Of a stretch of DNA of 64,000 nt, positions 39,170-52,085 are shown piece after piece. The stretch lies in the NCBI RefSeq assembly GCF_004010195.1, contig NC_057719.1:93507072-93571071 (forward strand), written 5' to 3'. Under the pieces are notes generated by a model, which made no database searches, was not told the origin of the DNA, and was given only the letters and a program-made list of their open reading frames with translations. The stretch comes from Chiloscyllium plagiosum. Taxonomy: Eukaryota. A program made the position numbers and the translations under genes. Numbering within the stretch: position 1 is the stretch's first letter; every line of letters begins with the position of its first letter.

Positions 39170-42100
39170 TGTGCTTCGCTCTCATTCAGTTCCCGGTGCG
39201 TTCCCTTTCATGCTCTATATGACTGTGAGTCGGGCTGTTGTTCACTTCCTGTTATGTCCACATAGTGCTCCATACACAAATGGGTGCGTTTTGGGCTTTA
39301 GTTCACGTCTTGGTGTGTCCAATGTCATTGTCCACGGAAAGGGTATACATCCTAGGCTTTTTACACTTGCCGCGTGTTGCTCGATGGAAAGTAACGTGTG
39401 TGCCCGGCTACTGTTCACTTCCCAGCGTGTCCTAAGTGGTGGTGAATGGAGGAGAAGTGTGCTGGGCTGTTGTTCATTTCCTGGCGTGTCCCCTGCCGTG
39501 CTCCTCGGACAGGGGTTTGTGTGTTTCCGGCTGTTATTCAATTCTCCTTGTGTCCCATGCGGTGCTCCATGAATAAAGGTGTGCATTATGGGCTCTTGTT
39601 CACTTCAAGGTGTATCCCATGTAATGCACCATGGACAGAGGAATGTGTACTTGGCGAATGTGAGCCAGCCTATTGTTGACCTACCAGTGTGACCCAAATG
39701 GTGTCCCACGGAGGGGGGAGTAGGTGTGTTGTTATTGTTTACTTCTTGGTCTGTCCTGTGCGGTGCTCCATGGACTGAAGCACACGTGTTGGGCAGTTCC
39801 CGAAGTTACCCATGTGGCGCCCCTTTAATAGAGGGGTGAATGCAGGGCGCTCATTTAATTCCCAGTGTATTCCATGTGGTGCTCCATGGACAGCGTGTGT
39901 GTGTTGGTCTGTTGTTCCCTACTTTGTGTGTCCCATGTGATGCTCCACGGAAAGGGGATGTGCGTTGTGCTCTCATTTACTTCCCGCTTTGTCCCATGTG
40001 ATGCCCACTGGACAGCATTGTGTAAGTCTGGCTATTGTTCACTTCGTGGTGTGCTCCATTTGGTGTTCTATGGACTGGAGTTTGTGTGCTCGGCATCTAT
40101 TCTTTTCCTGGTGTGTCCCATCTCTGGCTGCATGAACAGGCGGCTGCATGGTGGGCTCCTGTTCATTTCCTTGTGTGTCCGACGCACTGCTCCATGAACA
40201 ATAGTGCATGTGCTGGGATCTTCTTCACTTCCCAGTGTGTCCCATGTCGTGCACCATGGATAGGTGGGTGTATGTCGGGCTGTTAACTTCCCAGAGTGTC
40301 CGATGTGACGGTCCCTGTAGAGCGGGGTATGTCCTGGGCTGTTCTTCATTTCCCGTGTGTGCCATGTGGTGCTCCATGGATAGGGGAGTGCGTGCTGAGT
40401 TTGTATTATCTTCCTGGTGTACCCATGTGCTAATCAATGGACATGGGTGTGCGTATCGAGCTGTTGTTCTCATTACAGTATGTCCCATGTTGTGCTCCAT
40501 TTGCAAGGGGGTGCATACTGAGCTGTTCGTCACAGGAGCGTCATGAACAGGAGCAGCGTTTTGGGCTGTTGCTCACTTCCAGGTGTGTCCCATGTGGTGT
40601 TCCATGAATAATGGGGTGTGTGCTGGTCTGTCGTAAACTTCATGCTGAGTCCCATGCTGCGCTCCATGGACAGGGGTGCGTGTGCTGGTTTATCGTTCAC
40701 TACGCAGAGTGTTCCATATGTTGCTCCATGGAGAGCAGGCTGTGTGTTGGTCTGCTGTTCACTTCCAGGTGTGTACCATATCGTGCTTCATGGCCAGAGG
40801 GTATGTGGTGGACTTTTGTTCTCTTCCTGGTCTGTTCCGTTTGGTGCTCCATGAACAGGGAGTTGTGTGTCGGGCCCCTGTTCACTTTCCGGTGTGTCTC
40901 AGGTAGTGCACCATGGGCAGTTGGGTCTTTGTAGGGCTGTTAACTTCCCGGAGTGTCCGATGTGATGCTTCCTGTAGAGTGGGGTGTCTCCTGGTATTTG
41001 TTCACTTCCTGGTGTGCTCAATGTGTTAGTGAATACAAAGGGAAGTGAGTGTCCAGCTTTTATTCACTTCCTGGTGTGTCCCATGAGGTGTTCCATGGAC
41101 AGAGCTGTGTGAACTGTGCGGATATTCATTTTCCAGTGTGTCCCATGTTGTACTTTATGGACATGGAGTTGTGTGCTGGGCTGTTGTTCAGATGCTGGTG
41201 TGTTCAATGTCGTTCTCCATTGAATTGGACATGTTTATTGGACTGAAGTTCAATTCCCGCTTTCTCCCATGTGGTGCTGCGTGGAGAATTTGTTCTGTGC
41301 CAGGCTACCGTTCACTTCTCGGTGTGAACTCCATGTGATGCTCCATTGACGGGGGCACTGTGTACTTCCTGGTGTGTTTCGTGTGGTGCTCAATGGAGAG
41401 GGGTTTCTGTGCCAGGCAGATGTTCATTTCCCCGTGTGTCCCATGCAGTGCTCCATGAACAGGTGTGTGTGTGTGTATGTGCGTGTGTGTGTGTGTGTGT
41501 GTGTGTTTGTGTGTGCTTGCACGCGCTCGACTGTTGTTCACTTCACAGTGTGACCCATTTGGTGCTCCATGGAAAGGAGAGTGAGCATAAGGCTCTCGTT
41601 TACTTCCTGGTGTATACCATATGGTGTTCCATTAACAGTGGGGTGAGTGCAGGGCTCTCCTTTAATTACAGTTGTATCCCATGCTCTGCTCCATGGAGAC
41701 GGGGAAGTGAGTTGGTTATTTTCCCATTCCAGGTGTGTCCCATGTGATACTCGAAGGACAGGGAGTGTGTTTTGTGCTCTTGTTCACTTCACGGTGTGTC
41801 CCATGTCGTGCTCCAAGGACAAGGGGTAGTGAGTCAGACTGTTATTTACTTACACTTATGCCCCATCTGGTGCACCATGTAGAGGGGTTCGCATGTCGGG
41901 ATGTTGTTCATTTTTCCGTGTGTCCCATGCAGTGTTCCATGATCGTGTGTGCATGTGTGTGTGTGTGTATGTTGTGCTCTTCTTCACTTGTCTTGCTCTT
42001 GGACATGAGTATGTCTGTTGGGCTATTGTACACTTTGCAATGTGTCCCATGTGGTGGACCATGGCCACCACATGGTAAACAGGAGTGTGCCTGTCGAGCA

Positions 42101-45100
42101 GTTGTTCAGTTTCTAGAGTGCCCCAAATGGTGCTGTCTGTAACCGGGCGTGTATGCTGGGCTCTTGTTCACTTCCCGGTGTGTCCCATACAGTGGTCTAT
42201 GAACAGGGTTTTTGTGCTGCTGTCGTGTTCACTTCCCAGCGTGTGCATGTGGTGTTCCATGGACAGGTACATGTGTGCTGGACTGTTGTTCATTTCCTGA
42301 CGTGACCTTTTGGTGCTCCATGGAAGGTGGCGTGAGTCGAGGGCTGTTGTTTACTTCCTGGTGTATCCAATGTGGTGTTTCACAGATGGGATGAGTGTGT
42401 CGCGATGTTCTTAGCATCCTGGTGTATCCCATATAGTGTCCATTAACAGCGGGGTGAGTGCAGGGCTCTCCTTTACGTACAGTCGTATCCCACGTTCTGT
42501 TCCATAGACATGGAGGTGTGAGTCGCCTTTTTTTTTCAAATCCCATTGTGTCACAAGTGGTACTCCATGGACGCAAGGTAAGTGCTGGTTGTTTTTCACT
42601 TCCCGGTGCATCCCATATAGTGCTCCATGATGAGGGGCGCGGCTGTGTGTCCTCGCCTGTTTTTGTTCCCGGTGTGTCCCATATGGTGCTCAAAGGATAG
42701 GGGAGCGTGTGCTGAGCTCTTATTCACTTCATGGTGCATCCCATATCGTGTGCCATGGAGAGGGGGCTGTGTGTCGGGTTGTTGTTTACTGGGGTGTAGG
42801 TTCTTGGCTTTTTTTTTCAATTCTCAGTGCGCCCCATATGTTGTTCGATGGAAAGGGAAGTGTGTGCTCGGCTTTCATTCACTTTATGGTATGTCTCATG
42901 TGGTAATCCATGGACAGGGTGTGCGTACTGGGTAGTTGTTCACTTCTCGGAGTTTCCCATGTGGTACTTGAAGGATTGGGGAGCGTGTGCTGAGCTCTTG
43001 TTCACATTACAGTGCGTCCCATATCGTGCTCTATGGACAGTGAGCTGTGAGCCGCGTTGTTGTTTACTTCCTGTTATGTCCCATTTGGTGCTCCCTGGAA
43101 TGGGGTGTATGTCCTTGTTTTTTTCAATTCCTGGTGTGCCCCATGTATTGCTCGATGGAAAGGGAATTGCGTGCACAACTTTCATTCATTTTCTGGTGTG
43201 TCCCATGTGGTGATCCATGGACGGGGTGTTCGTGCTGGTCAGTTGTTCACTTCCCGTTGTGTCTCATGTGCTGTTCCATTGACAGTGGAGGCTTATGTCA
43301 GGCTGCTGTATCATTTTCCACTATGTCCCATGTGCTTGTCCATAGACTGGTGCGTGTGTTTCGGGCTGATGTTCATTTCTTGGTGTGTCTCATGTGGTGT
43401 TCCATGGACAGTGTGTGTGGTCTGGGCTATTATTCACTTCCTAGTGTGCCGGTGTTGTGCTGCATGGACAGCAGTGTGTCGGCCTGTTGTTCAGTTCCTC
43501 GTGTGCCACATGTGATGCTCCATGAACAGGGGTGAGCCTGTTGGGCTCTCCTTCAATTCATGGTGTGCCCCATGGGGTGCTCCATTGAAAGGTGTATTTG
43601 TGCTGGGAACATGTACATGTCTCGGTGTCCCTATGCAGTGCTCGATGGAACGGGAGATGCTTCGGACTGTTATTCACTTCGGTTTGTACTCTGTATTGCT
43701 TAATTGACACACGTATGTATGTCTGGCTATTGTTTGCATCTCGGTATTCCCGTGTGGTGCTCCATAGACTGGGGCTTGTGTGCCGGGCTGTTGTTAACTT
43801 CCTGGTGTGTCCCATGCGGTTCTCCATGAACAGAAATGTGTGTGTTGCGCTGTTGTTCACTTTCCAGATAATCCAATGTGGTTCTCCATTAACAGGGCTT
43901 TAGATTATTACGCAGTGTGTATCATTCACTTCACGGTGTGGAGCTTGTGATGCTCCATGGACAGCGGGCCTAATGTCAGGCTGTTATTCACTTCCCCGTG
44001 TGGCCCATGTGATGCCTCAATGGCAGTGGTTTGCGTGCTAAGTTGTTGTTTCCTTCCCATGTATCCCTTGTGGTCCTCCATGGACGGTGTGTGTGTGTAG
44101 TGCAGTTGTTCTCTTCCTGGCATGTCCCTTTGGACAAGTAATGTGTTGGGTTGTTCTTCACTTCCTGATTTGTCCCATGTTCTCCTCCATGGTCTAGGGG
44201 TTCTGTGACTGGCTCTTGTTCATTCCTGGTGTGTCCCATGTGGTGCTCCATAAAAAGGAGTGTTTGCCAGTGGTAGTTCGCTTCCCGATATGACCCATGT
44301 GTTTCCCCATGGACGGGGGATTTGTCATGAGCTTTTGTCTTCTTCCAGGTTTATCCGATTTGGTGCTCCATGAACTGGGGTGCATGTGTTGGGCTGTTGT
44401 TCATGTCCCGCTGTGCCCAATGAGGTGATCCTTGGAGAGGGTGTTATATCCTTGGCTTTTGTTCACTGCCCTGTGTGTCGCATTTGGTGCTCCATGGATA
44501 GGGGTATTTGTGTTGTGCTCTCGTTCACTTCAAGTTGTGACCGATGTTGTGTTCCATGAGCAGATACATATCTGTCCATCTGTTGGTCACTTCCCGGTAT
44601 GGCCGATGTGGTGCTCCCTGGACAGGGGTGCATATACTGGGCTTCTGTTCACTTTCCGGTGTGTCCCATCATGTATTCCATGGATAGGGGTTGTGTGTGG
44701 CCAGCTATTATTCGATTCCTGGTGTGTACCATGTGATGCTGAATGGACGGGGTGGGTGTGTTGGGATGTTCATCACTTCTCAGAGTTTCACATGTGGTGC
44801 TCCATGGACATGAAGTGTGTGCTGAGCGGTGGATTACTTCCCAGTGTGCCCAATTTTTGCATGGACAGGAGTGTGAGTGTTGTGTACAATGTGGTGCTCC
44901 ATTGGCAGTGGGATATTTGCTAGGTTTTTTGTCACTTCCTGGTGTATCCCATGTGTTGCTCTGTAGGCAGGATGGTACGTGTCGGTCCTTTGCTGACTTT
45001 CCGGTCTGTCCCTTGTTGTGCTCCATGAACAGGGGTCTGTGAGTCAGGCTGTTGTTCACTTCCTCCAATTTCAAATGTGTTGCTCCATGGACAGGGGATG

Positions 45101-47585
45101 TGTGACGGTTCTCTTCCTGGTTTGTCCCATTTGATGCTGCATGAACACTGGTGTGTGTGTCGGGCGGTTGTTCACTTTCCAACGCGTCTGATGATGTGCT
45201 CCCTGGACAGGGTGGTGTGTGCTGGGTGATTGTTCAATTCCTGGTGGGTCCCATGGGGTATTCCCAGTAGAGGGGATTTGCGTGTCAGGCTGTTTTTCAG
45301 TCCTTGGCGTGCCCCATCTATTGCTGAATGGACAGGGATGTGTGTGTCGGGCTACTATTCACTTCCTAGTGAGTCCCATGTTGCGCTCCATGTAGAGGGG
45401 TGTGTGCCGGATGGTAATTCACGTCCTGGTATGGACAAGGGTGCGTATATTGGGTGAATGTTAACTTCCCGGTGTGTATAATATGGTGCTCCATGGACAA
45501 TGGGTATGTGTAGGGTGGTTATTCACTTCCCCGTGTATCCTATGTGGTGTTCTATGGACGGGCAGAAGGTTGATGGACAGTTGTTCAAATCCGTTTGTGT
45601 CATCTACGGCGCTCATTCTACAGAGGTGTGTGTGATGGGCTGGTGTTCACTTATCAGTGTGTCTACATGTACAGTGGCTTTTGTTTCACTTCCCAGTGTG
45701 AACCAAGTGAACTCCATGGACAAAGGGCATGTGTTGATCTATTGGTCATTTTGCAGTGTGTTCCATGCAGTGGTCCAAGGACAGGGGTGTGTGTGTCCGT
45801 CCGGCTGTTGTTCACTTCCTGGTCTGTCCTTTGTGGTGCTCCATGTAGATGGGAGTCCACGTTGAATTATTTTTCACTTCCCAGTGTTTCGCGTGTGCTG
45901 CTCCATGGACAGGAGTGTATGTGCTGGATACTCGTTCACTTCACGAAATGTCCCATGTGTTACTCCATGGGACACTTCCGGACAACGAATGCGTGATGGA
46001 CTTCTATTGTCTTGCTGGTATATGCCATTTGGTGGTCCATGAACAGGGGTATATGCGTCGGGCTGTTGTGTCCGATTTGACGCTCAGTGGAGAGTGTGAT
46101 GTGTCCTGGGATTTTGTTTACTTCCTGGTGTGCCCACTGTGTTGCTCGATAGAATGCGAAGTGTGTGTCAGGGCTTATGTTCGCCTACCAGTGAGTCCCA
46201 TGTGGTGGTCCTAGTATAGGGGTGTGTGCGCTGAACTGTTGTTCACCTCTTGAGACGCCCCACATTGTGGCCCATGAACAGGGCTGTGTAAATATTGTTC
46301 TCACGTTTGCTTAAAGTTGAGAACCATTTGGTGTTCCATGAACAGGATGGTGCGTGTTCGTCTATTGTTCACTTCCCAGTGAAACCAATGATGTTCCGTG
46401 GACATGGGTGCATACGTAGGGCTGATGTTAACTTCCTGGTGTGTACAATGTGGTGCTCCGTGAACTGAGGGGTGTATGTCTGCCTGTTGTTGACTTCCTG
46501 GTATGTCCGATGTTGTGCTCCATGAACAGGAGGACATATCCCGGGCTTTCTTTAACTTCCGGTGTGCCACATTTGTTGTTCGATGGAAAAGGTGTCTGCA
46601 CCCGGTCTTTCGTCATTTTCCCCCGTGGTGCTCCATGGACTAGCAGTGTGTGTTGGGCGGCTATTCACTTAACGCAGTATCCCATGTGTGTTTCCATGGA
46701 CTGGGGAGGTATGAGTCGGCTGTTGTTCACTTCTTTGTGTGTCCCATGTGGTGCTCCATAGACAGGGCTCGTGTGTCGTGCTGTTGTTCACTTCCCAGTG
46801 TGTCTTATTTGGTGCTGTTTGGCCTTTGTGCTGGGCTGTTGTTCACTTACCGGTTTGTTCCATGTGGCATACCATGGACAGTGGGTTGACTTCAATGCTC
46901 TCGTTTGCTTCCCGTTTTGTCCGATGTGGTGCTCCATGAACATAAGTGTCTGATTCGCACATTTTTTTCACTTCCTGGTATATCCCACGTTGTGCTCCAT
47001 TATCAGAGGGTTGAGTGCAGGGCTTTCATTTACATCCCTGTGCATGCCACGTGATGGTCCATCGACATGGATGTGTGCGTCAGACTGTTATTCACTTCCT
47101 GGTGTGACCCATGTGGTCATCCAAGGGCAGGGCATGTGTGCTGGGTCGTTGCTCACTTCCCAGTGCGTCCCAAGTGGCATTTCATGGGCAGAGGAGGTGT
47201 GTGTCTGTCTGTTTTTCACTATGGTGTGCGTCCCATCTGGAGCTCCATGGACAGGAGTGCTTTTGCTGGGCTGTTGTTCACTTCCCGATGTGCCCCATGT
47301 GGTGGTACATAAACAGGGGTGTATGTGTTGTGCTCTCGTTCACTTCAAGTTGTGTCCCATGTGGTGTTCCGTGAACATGTTCATCCGTTGTTGACTTCCT
47401 GGTGTGTCCGATGCTGTGCTCACTGAATCAGGGGACATAGTCTGTGCGTTTTGTTCACTACTGGTGTGCTCTGTGTGCTGTTCGGTGGAAGAGGAAGTGT
47501 GCGTCTGACCTTCATTTACTTCCTAGTGTGTCCCATGTGATACTCCAGAGACTGGGTGCTTGTGCTGGGCCGCTGTTCACTTAAC
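39170..47585. repeat. ~8.4-kb tandem satellite, ~62-bp monomer, roughly 130-140 diverged copies
   Basis: Consensus approx. CTGTTGTTCACTTCCTGGTGTGTCCCATGTGGTGCTCCATGGACAGGGGTGTGTGTGCTGGG, repeated continuously. Confidence 0.97.
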
Positions 47586-48039
47586 AGCGGATGCAGCAGC
47601 GGATGCAGCAGCTTTGACACACGTCTTTGAAACTTGGACAGTGCCAGTTCACTGAACGCCAGGGAATTTCCCTTTCAGCTGATCGTGCAGTCAGCAACAC
47701 GAGGAAGTCCATCCAGTATTATTGTAATGGAGCAGGCATCTGTCTTGTAGCTGAGGAGATTCTAACTGACTTCGGTTATTGAAACGTTCATGAATGTGCT
47801 GTGAATAGTTTGCTGGAGATTGTGCTGTGAGCTGTTTCAGTCATTAAGGGATGATTCGGTGATCTAACTCTGGACGGAGCATGGGGACTGTACTTAAGGC
47901 ATCTGGGTCTGCAACGTGAACAACAAATTGTGCAGAGGCTGCAGAGACACAAAACTCCAAAACTACAGAGGAAATGTGTGCGGGGAAAGGGAACGACCAT
48001 ATCTGTCTGTGTCTTAACTTGGACACCATGCTCTCACTC

Positions 48040-48685
48040 TCCGCCTTACACAAACTCACACTCACAGTGTTTCACTTTCTCATTCCGCTGCCACACTCAG
48101 ACTCCCCTCTCTCACACACAAACACAAATACATATAAGTCTGCAGTGTGAATTTGGATTTGTAGATTTGTATTTGCAAATGCATTCTGTTTTGTTAAAAA
48201 GCAAAGTTGGAGGCAGTCAATCAATGTGACATTTTATAAATTCCTAGTTTGAAAATAAAGCCAGTATGACTCTAGATTAAGACACAGACAGACTCCAAAC
48301 ACGATCCGATGCCTAAAATACATTGTCTGACTGGAGGTGTCATCTCCTTTACATCGGTAATAACTTCAGTTATCTGCAGGCAGTGACTCTGAAAGAAATT
48401 ATGAGATTTATACGATCAATCAAAACCTGCAACTGCATTCTAACTGATGAAAGATTTAACAGCCATCTTAGCTGCGTTCAATTCATATGCATGAGATGTA
48501 CGACCCTTTAATCCTTCCCTTATAAATTCTGGGTCTGAGGTCTTCCTCTCTCACTAACACTTGATGAAGGAGCAGCCCTATGGGGAAAGCTTGTATTTTC
48601 ACATAAACCCGTTGGACAATAACCTGGTGTCGTGTGATTTTTGAATTTGTCCAAATCAGTCCAACACTGGCACCTCTTCACCATT
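48040..48685 (+). mobile_element. PLE 3' region/terminal repeat (family of 9099-10940)
   Basis: CA-rich tract, degenerate hammerhead (TTGATGAAGGAGC…GAAAGCTTGT, 48561-48594), and GTTGGAC.ATAACCTGGTGT.GTGTGATTTTT end. Confidence 0.8.
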
Positions 48686-49129
48686 GCTTTATTGGTGATT
48701 CAATCTACTCTCCAAGCAAATATTTTTTTTACTAACCCCATGTGCTCTTCTCTTGCAGATTAAACTTTTGTGAGGGACGTTATGCAATACATTCTGGAAG
48801 TCCAGATATAATATATCTAGATGATCCCCCTTATCCACCTTGCTTATCACATTAAAAAAAGACTCAGGCAAATAATTCAAACAGAACAAATCATTTTGAC
48901 TGTGATGGTTTGTGTTTTGACTTTGAAAATCTCCTGCTATTAATTAATTATTAACAGTTCCTAACATTTTGCCTTCAATCCCAATAGTTTGGTCACTACT
49001 TTACATCCCATTAAGGTTGGTTGTTCTAAGTTCTTCCCTCACTATAACCTCTATGTTACCTTTCAATTCCTGTGCAACAGGGACAAGGCTCAAAAAGATC
49101 TTCTCTGATTGTTGTGTAAAAGGCATGGA

Positions 49130-49395
49130 TGACTGAATAGACTAATTCTTTTCCTGGTATACACACCGATGGGCTGAAAGTCTTTCCTGATGCTCCGACA
49201 TTATAGCCACAATCGGAAGAATGTCTTCTTGGGGTTCCTACATTGTAGTCTCAATGGGCTAACTGTCCTTCCCAGTGCTCCTACATTATATGCCCATGGG
49301 CTGAATGTCCTTCCTGATGCTCCTACGTTATAGTCTCGATGGGCTGAATGCACTCCCGGTGTCACTACAGTATAAGCCTGAGGGGCTCAATGCCG
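49130..49395 (+). repeat. ~43-bp minisatellite, ~6 copies
   Basis: Unit approx. ATGGGCTGAATGTCCTTCCTGATGCTCCTACATTATAGTCTCG. Confidence 0.85.
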
Positions 49396-49399
49396 TAGA

Positions 49400-50430
49400 C
49401 CTGCAGCTCCACTTTCAAGAAACTATCTACGTGCACCCCTGGATCTCGCTGAATTGCAACACAACCCAGGGCCCAACCACTAACTCTCTAAATCCATCCC
49501 TGTTTGACAACTAAATACAACACGTCACATTTTTCTGCATGAAGCTCCATCTGCCATTCCTCGGACCACAGCCCAGTAGATCATGATCTCATGTTCCTTT
49601 TAATAACCTTGTTCATTGTCCTAGTTACCAGCAGTTTTGGTGTTGTGTACAAACTTGAAATCCATGCTTTGTATATTCTTATCCAAATCATTTATTAAAA
49701 TAAGAAACAACATGAGTCCTACACTTGTCCTTGTGCCACACTGCTTGTCACAACAAATATCTCCCAGCAGCCTCTGTAGTTAATTTGTTAGCTCTCCGTT
49801 ATCTCCTGTGATCTAACCTTATTAACCAGGCTACCATGCGGATCATTTTTGGGCCTCACTAAGATCCACCTAGACAACGTGTGCTGTTTTCCCTTCAGCT
49901 ATCTTCCCGATCACCTCTTGAAACATTTCACTCAAGTTTGAGACACGATTTCCCACACATATCATACTGAATATCCTAGATCAGTCCGTGCCTTTTCAAA
50001 TGCATGTAGATCCTGTTTCTCAGAATCTTCACCAAACACTTCCCTACCCCTGATATCAGACCCACTAGTCTGTAGTTTGCGGGCTTTTCTTTGCAGCATT
50101 AACACAATGTCAGCGCCTGATTCGTGGCTTTCTATTGCACAAGTGAAAACCGGGACAACTGCGGATGATGTAATTCAGGAACGGGGCATCTCAACAGATC
50201 TGGCAGCATCTGTGAAGGTAAATCAGAGTTAACGTTTCGGATTCAGTGTCCCTTCCTCAGAATTCTGAGGAATGACACAAATATATCAGCAAGATGCACA
50301 CAATTTATTCCTAAGCTTGCCGTAATGAACTGGGATACATAAACAGGCCCAGGGTGTTTATCGACGGTTATGCATTTTCATCTCCAATAATTCGTCCCCT
50401 GTAATGTGGCCTCGTTTCAAAACATCACTG
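49400..50430 (-). mobile_element. Degraded CR1 RT fragment containing a short PLE terminal unit (50145-50272)
   Basis: ctccatctgcca (WQME, minus strand) and other CR1 similarity. The insert carries CTGAGGA…GAAACGTT on the minus strand. Confidence 0.7.
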
Positions 50431-50861
50431 CATTGATTTATTTCGTTGAATTTTTACACTACCATGTATTTTCCCACTGACGCGATATATTCATGTGGGA
50501 CCATGTTGTAAGGCCGCGGAGTTGGGGGAGATCAAGTCCTTGTGAGGAGTGTGAGTCCAGCCTGGCCAGGCACTTAATTATAGTGTTGTTAAACTGTTAA
50601 CTGTGCTTTTGTGTTTTTCCACTTTTATAGGAAGGGCGATAACGTTTCATACTTTAAATTTATTTCCTTTATTTTTCTGCTTTGTACTAAAATTTCATAC
50701 CTTGGGAGAGGGAAACTTCGTATCTAAGATTGTGTCACTTGTAAACTTTTAACAGTCCTTTCGTGAGTACATGTGACAAAAAATAATAAACCTAATTCAG
50801 ATCCCGAGTAACAGACAGAGACGGCTCTTTGAGTTTTAAGGAGCCCTATTATCTCCCTCGT

Positions 50862-51755
50862 CAAAATCACACATCACCAGTTTATCGTCCAACAGGTTTA
50901 TTTGGAAGCATTAGGTTTCGGAGCGCTGTTCTTTCATCATGTGATTGTGGAGTAAACTAACGTTAGACACAAAGTTTATAGCAAACATTTACAGTATGAT
51001 ATAACGGAAATTATAAATTGAAAAATAAACTGGATTGTTTGTTGAGTCTATCACATTCTAAAATGATCGTGTTGACTTCAGTTCTTTCATTTGTAAAACC
51101 CAGAACTTTTCTAAAGTTGCATTGTCAAGTGAACTTTAACAATAGGTGCTATTTAGGCCCAGCTGATGCATTGAAGATTTAAAATTCACTATGATAGGCT
51201 GCCTGTGCCCCAATTTTCAGGCACATTTACTTCTAAAAATAGGGATTTACAGATTTTATATGGATTCATGCAGTTTTTGAGCAAACTAAAATGTAATTCT
51301 GAAAGTACAAATCCACCTGACAGACATATATGTGTATGCATGTTGGTTTGTCTATATGTGCAGGGATGTGTATGACTATCTGTGAGAGAGTGCGCATACG
51401 TTGAGTGTAAAGGGGTATAAGTGCGTGAGATGATGGGTGTGCGGGTGTGACAGTGGGAGTGTATGTGCAAGCATATAAGAGACAACTTGTGTACGAGGGA
51501 GGGTCACTTTGAGTTTATGGGTCTGCAGGAGTATGTGTGTGTCTGTCTGTGTGTGTCTATGTGTGTGTGTGTTTGTGTGAGTGTGTGTGTGTCTGGTGCA
51601 ATGGAACCACCTGTAGTGTGGCATGAGCCCAAGCCCATACACATGGGTACCAAACTTGTTTTTCAGCCTCTGCACGGCCAGTTTCCATTGTAGCCTGTCC
51701 CAAAGTGCAGCTTGGATAATGGTCAACTGAAGATATGTGGCCAAATGCCCCGGAA
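50862..51755 (-). mobile_element. PLE 3' part (GIY-YIG C-terminus, microsatellite tract, terminal repeat)
   Basis: AVQRLKNKFGTHVYGL matches the PLE at 10146-10373; the terminal repeat is homologous to 9146-9240. Confidence 0.82.
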
Positions 51756-51764
51756 AACCGTTCC

Positions 51765-52085
51765 CGGTACTGGACATGTGGCTCGTCTGGATATATAGAT
51801 CAAAGCACACTGTGGTCTGCATAGCTCCCGGTGCTGGACAGATACTTTGACTGGATTTATAGATCAATGCACTACTATTGAAAGCACAGCTCCCCGTGCT
51901 GGACAGATACCTATTTGTGTTTATAGATCAATACACTGTCGTGGTGTTCACAGCTCCCCATGCTGAAAAGATGTGTAATCGGGTTTATAGATCGATGCAC
52001 TGCTGCGAGCTAGATTGTTCCAGCTGTTAGACAGATATCTAGTCGGAGATTATAGATAAATGCACTGATGTGATCTGCATTGTAC
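51765..52085 (+). repeat. ~62-bp minisatellite, ~5 copies
   Basis: Unit approx. GTTTATAGATCAATGCACTGT.GTGGTCTGCACAGCTCCCCGTGCTGGACAGATA.CT. Confidence 0.85.

Noticed and set aside
39170..47585. CRISPR-like array (palindromic repeat with variable spacers)
   Set aside because: The 'spacers' are diverged copies of one GT-rich sequence, the repeats themselves are highly diverged, there are no cas genes, and the context is vertebrate retroelement DNA.
39170..47585. Cys/His-rich repetitive protein or zinc-finger gene suggested by the many ORFs (LLFTSWCVPCGAPW; MEHHMGHTGK)
   Set aside because: Frames shift and stop constantly, monomer length is not held at a multiple of 3, and the period does not match the 84-bp C2H2 unit.
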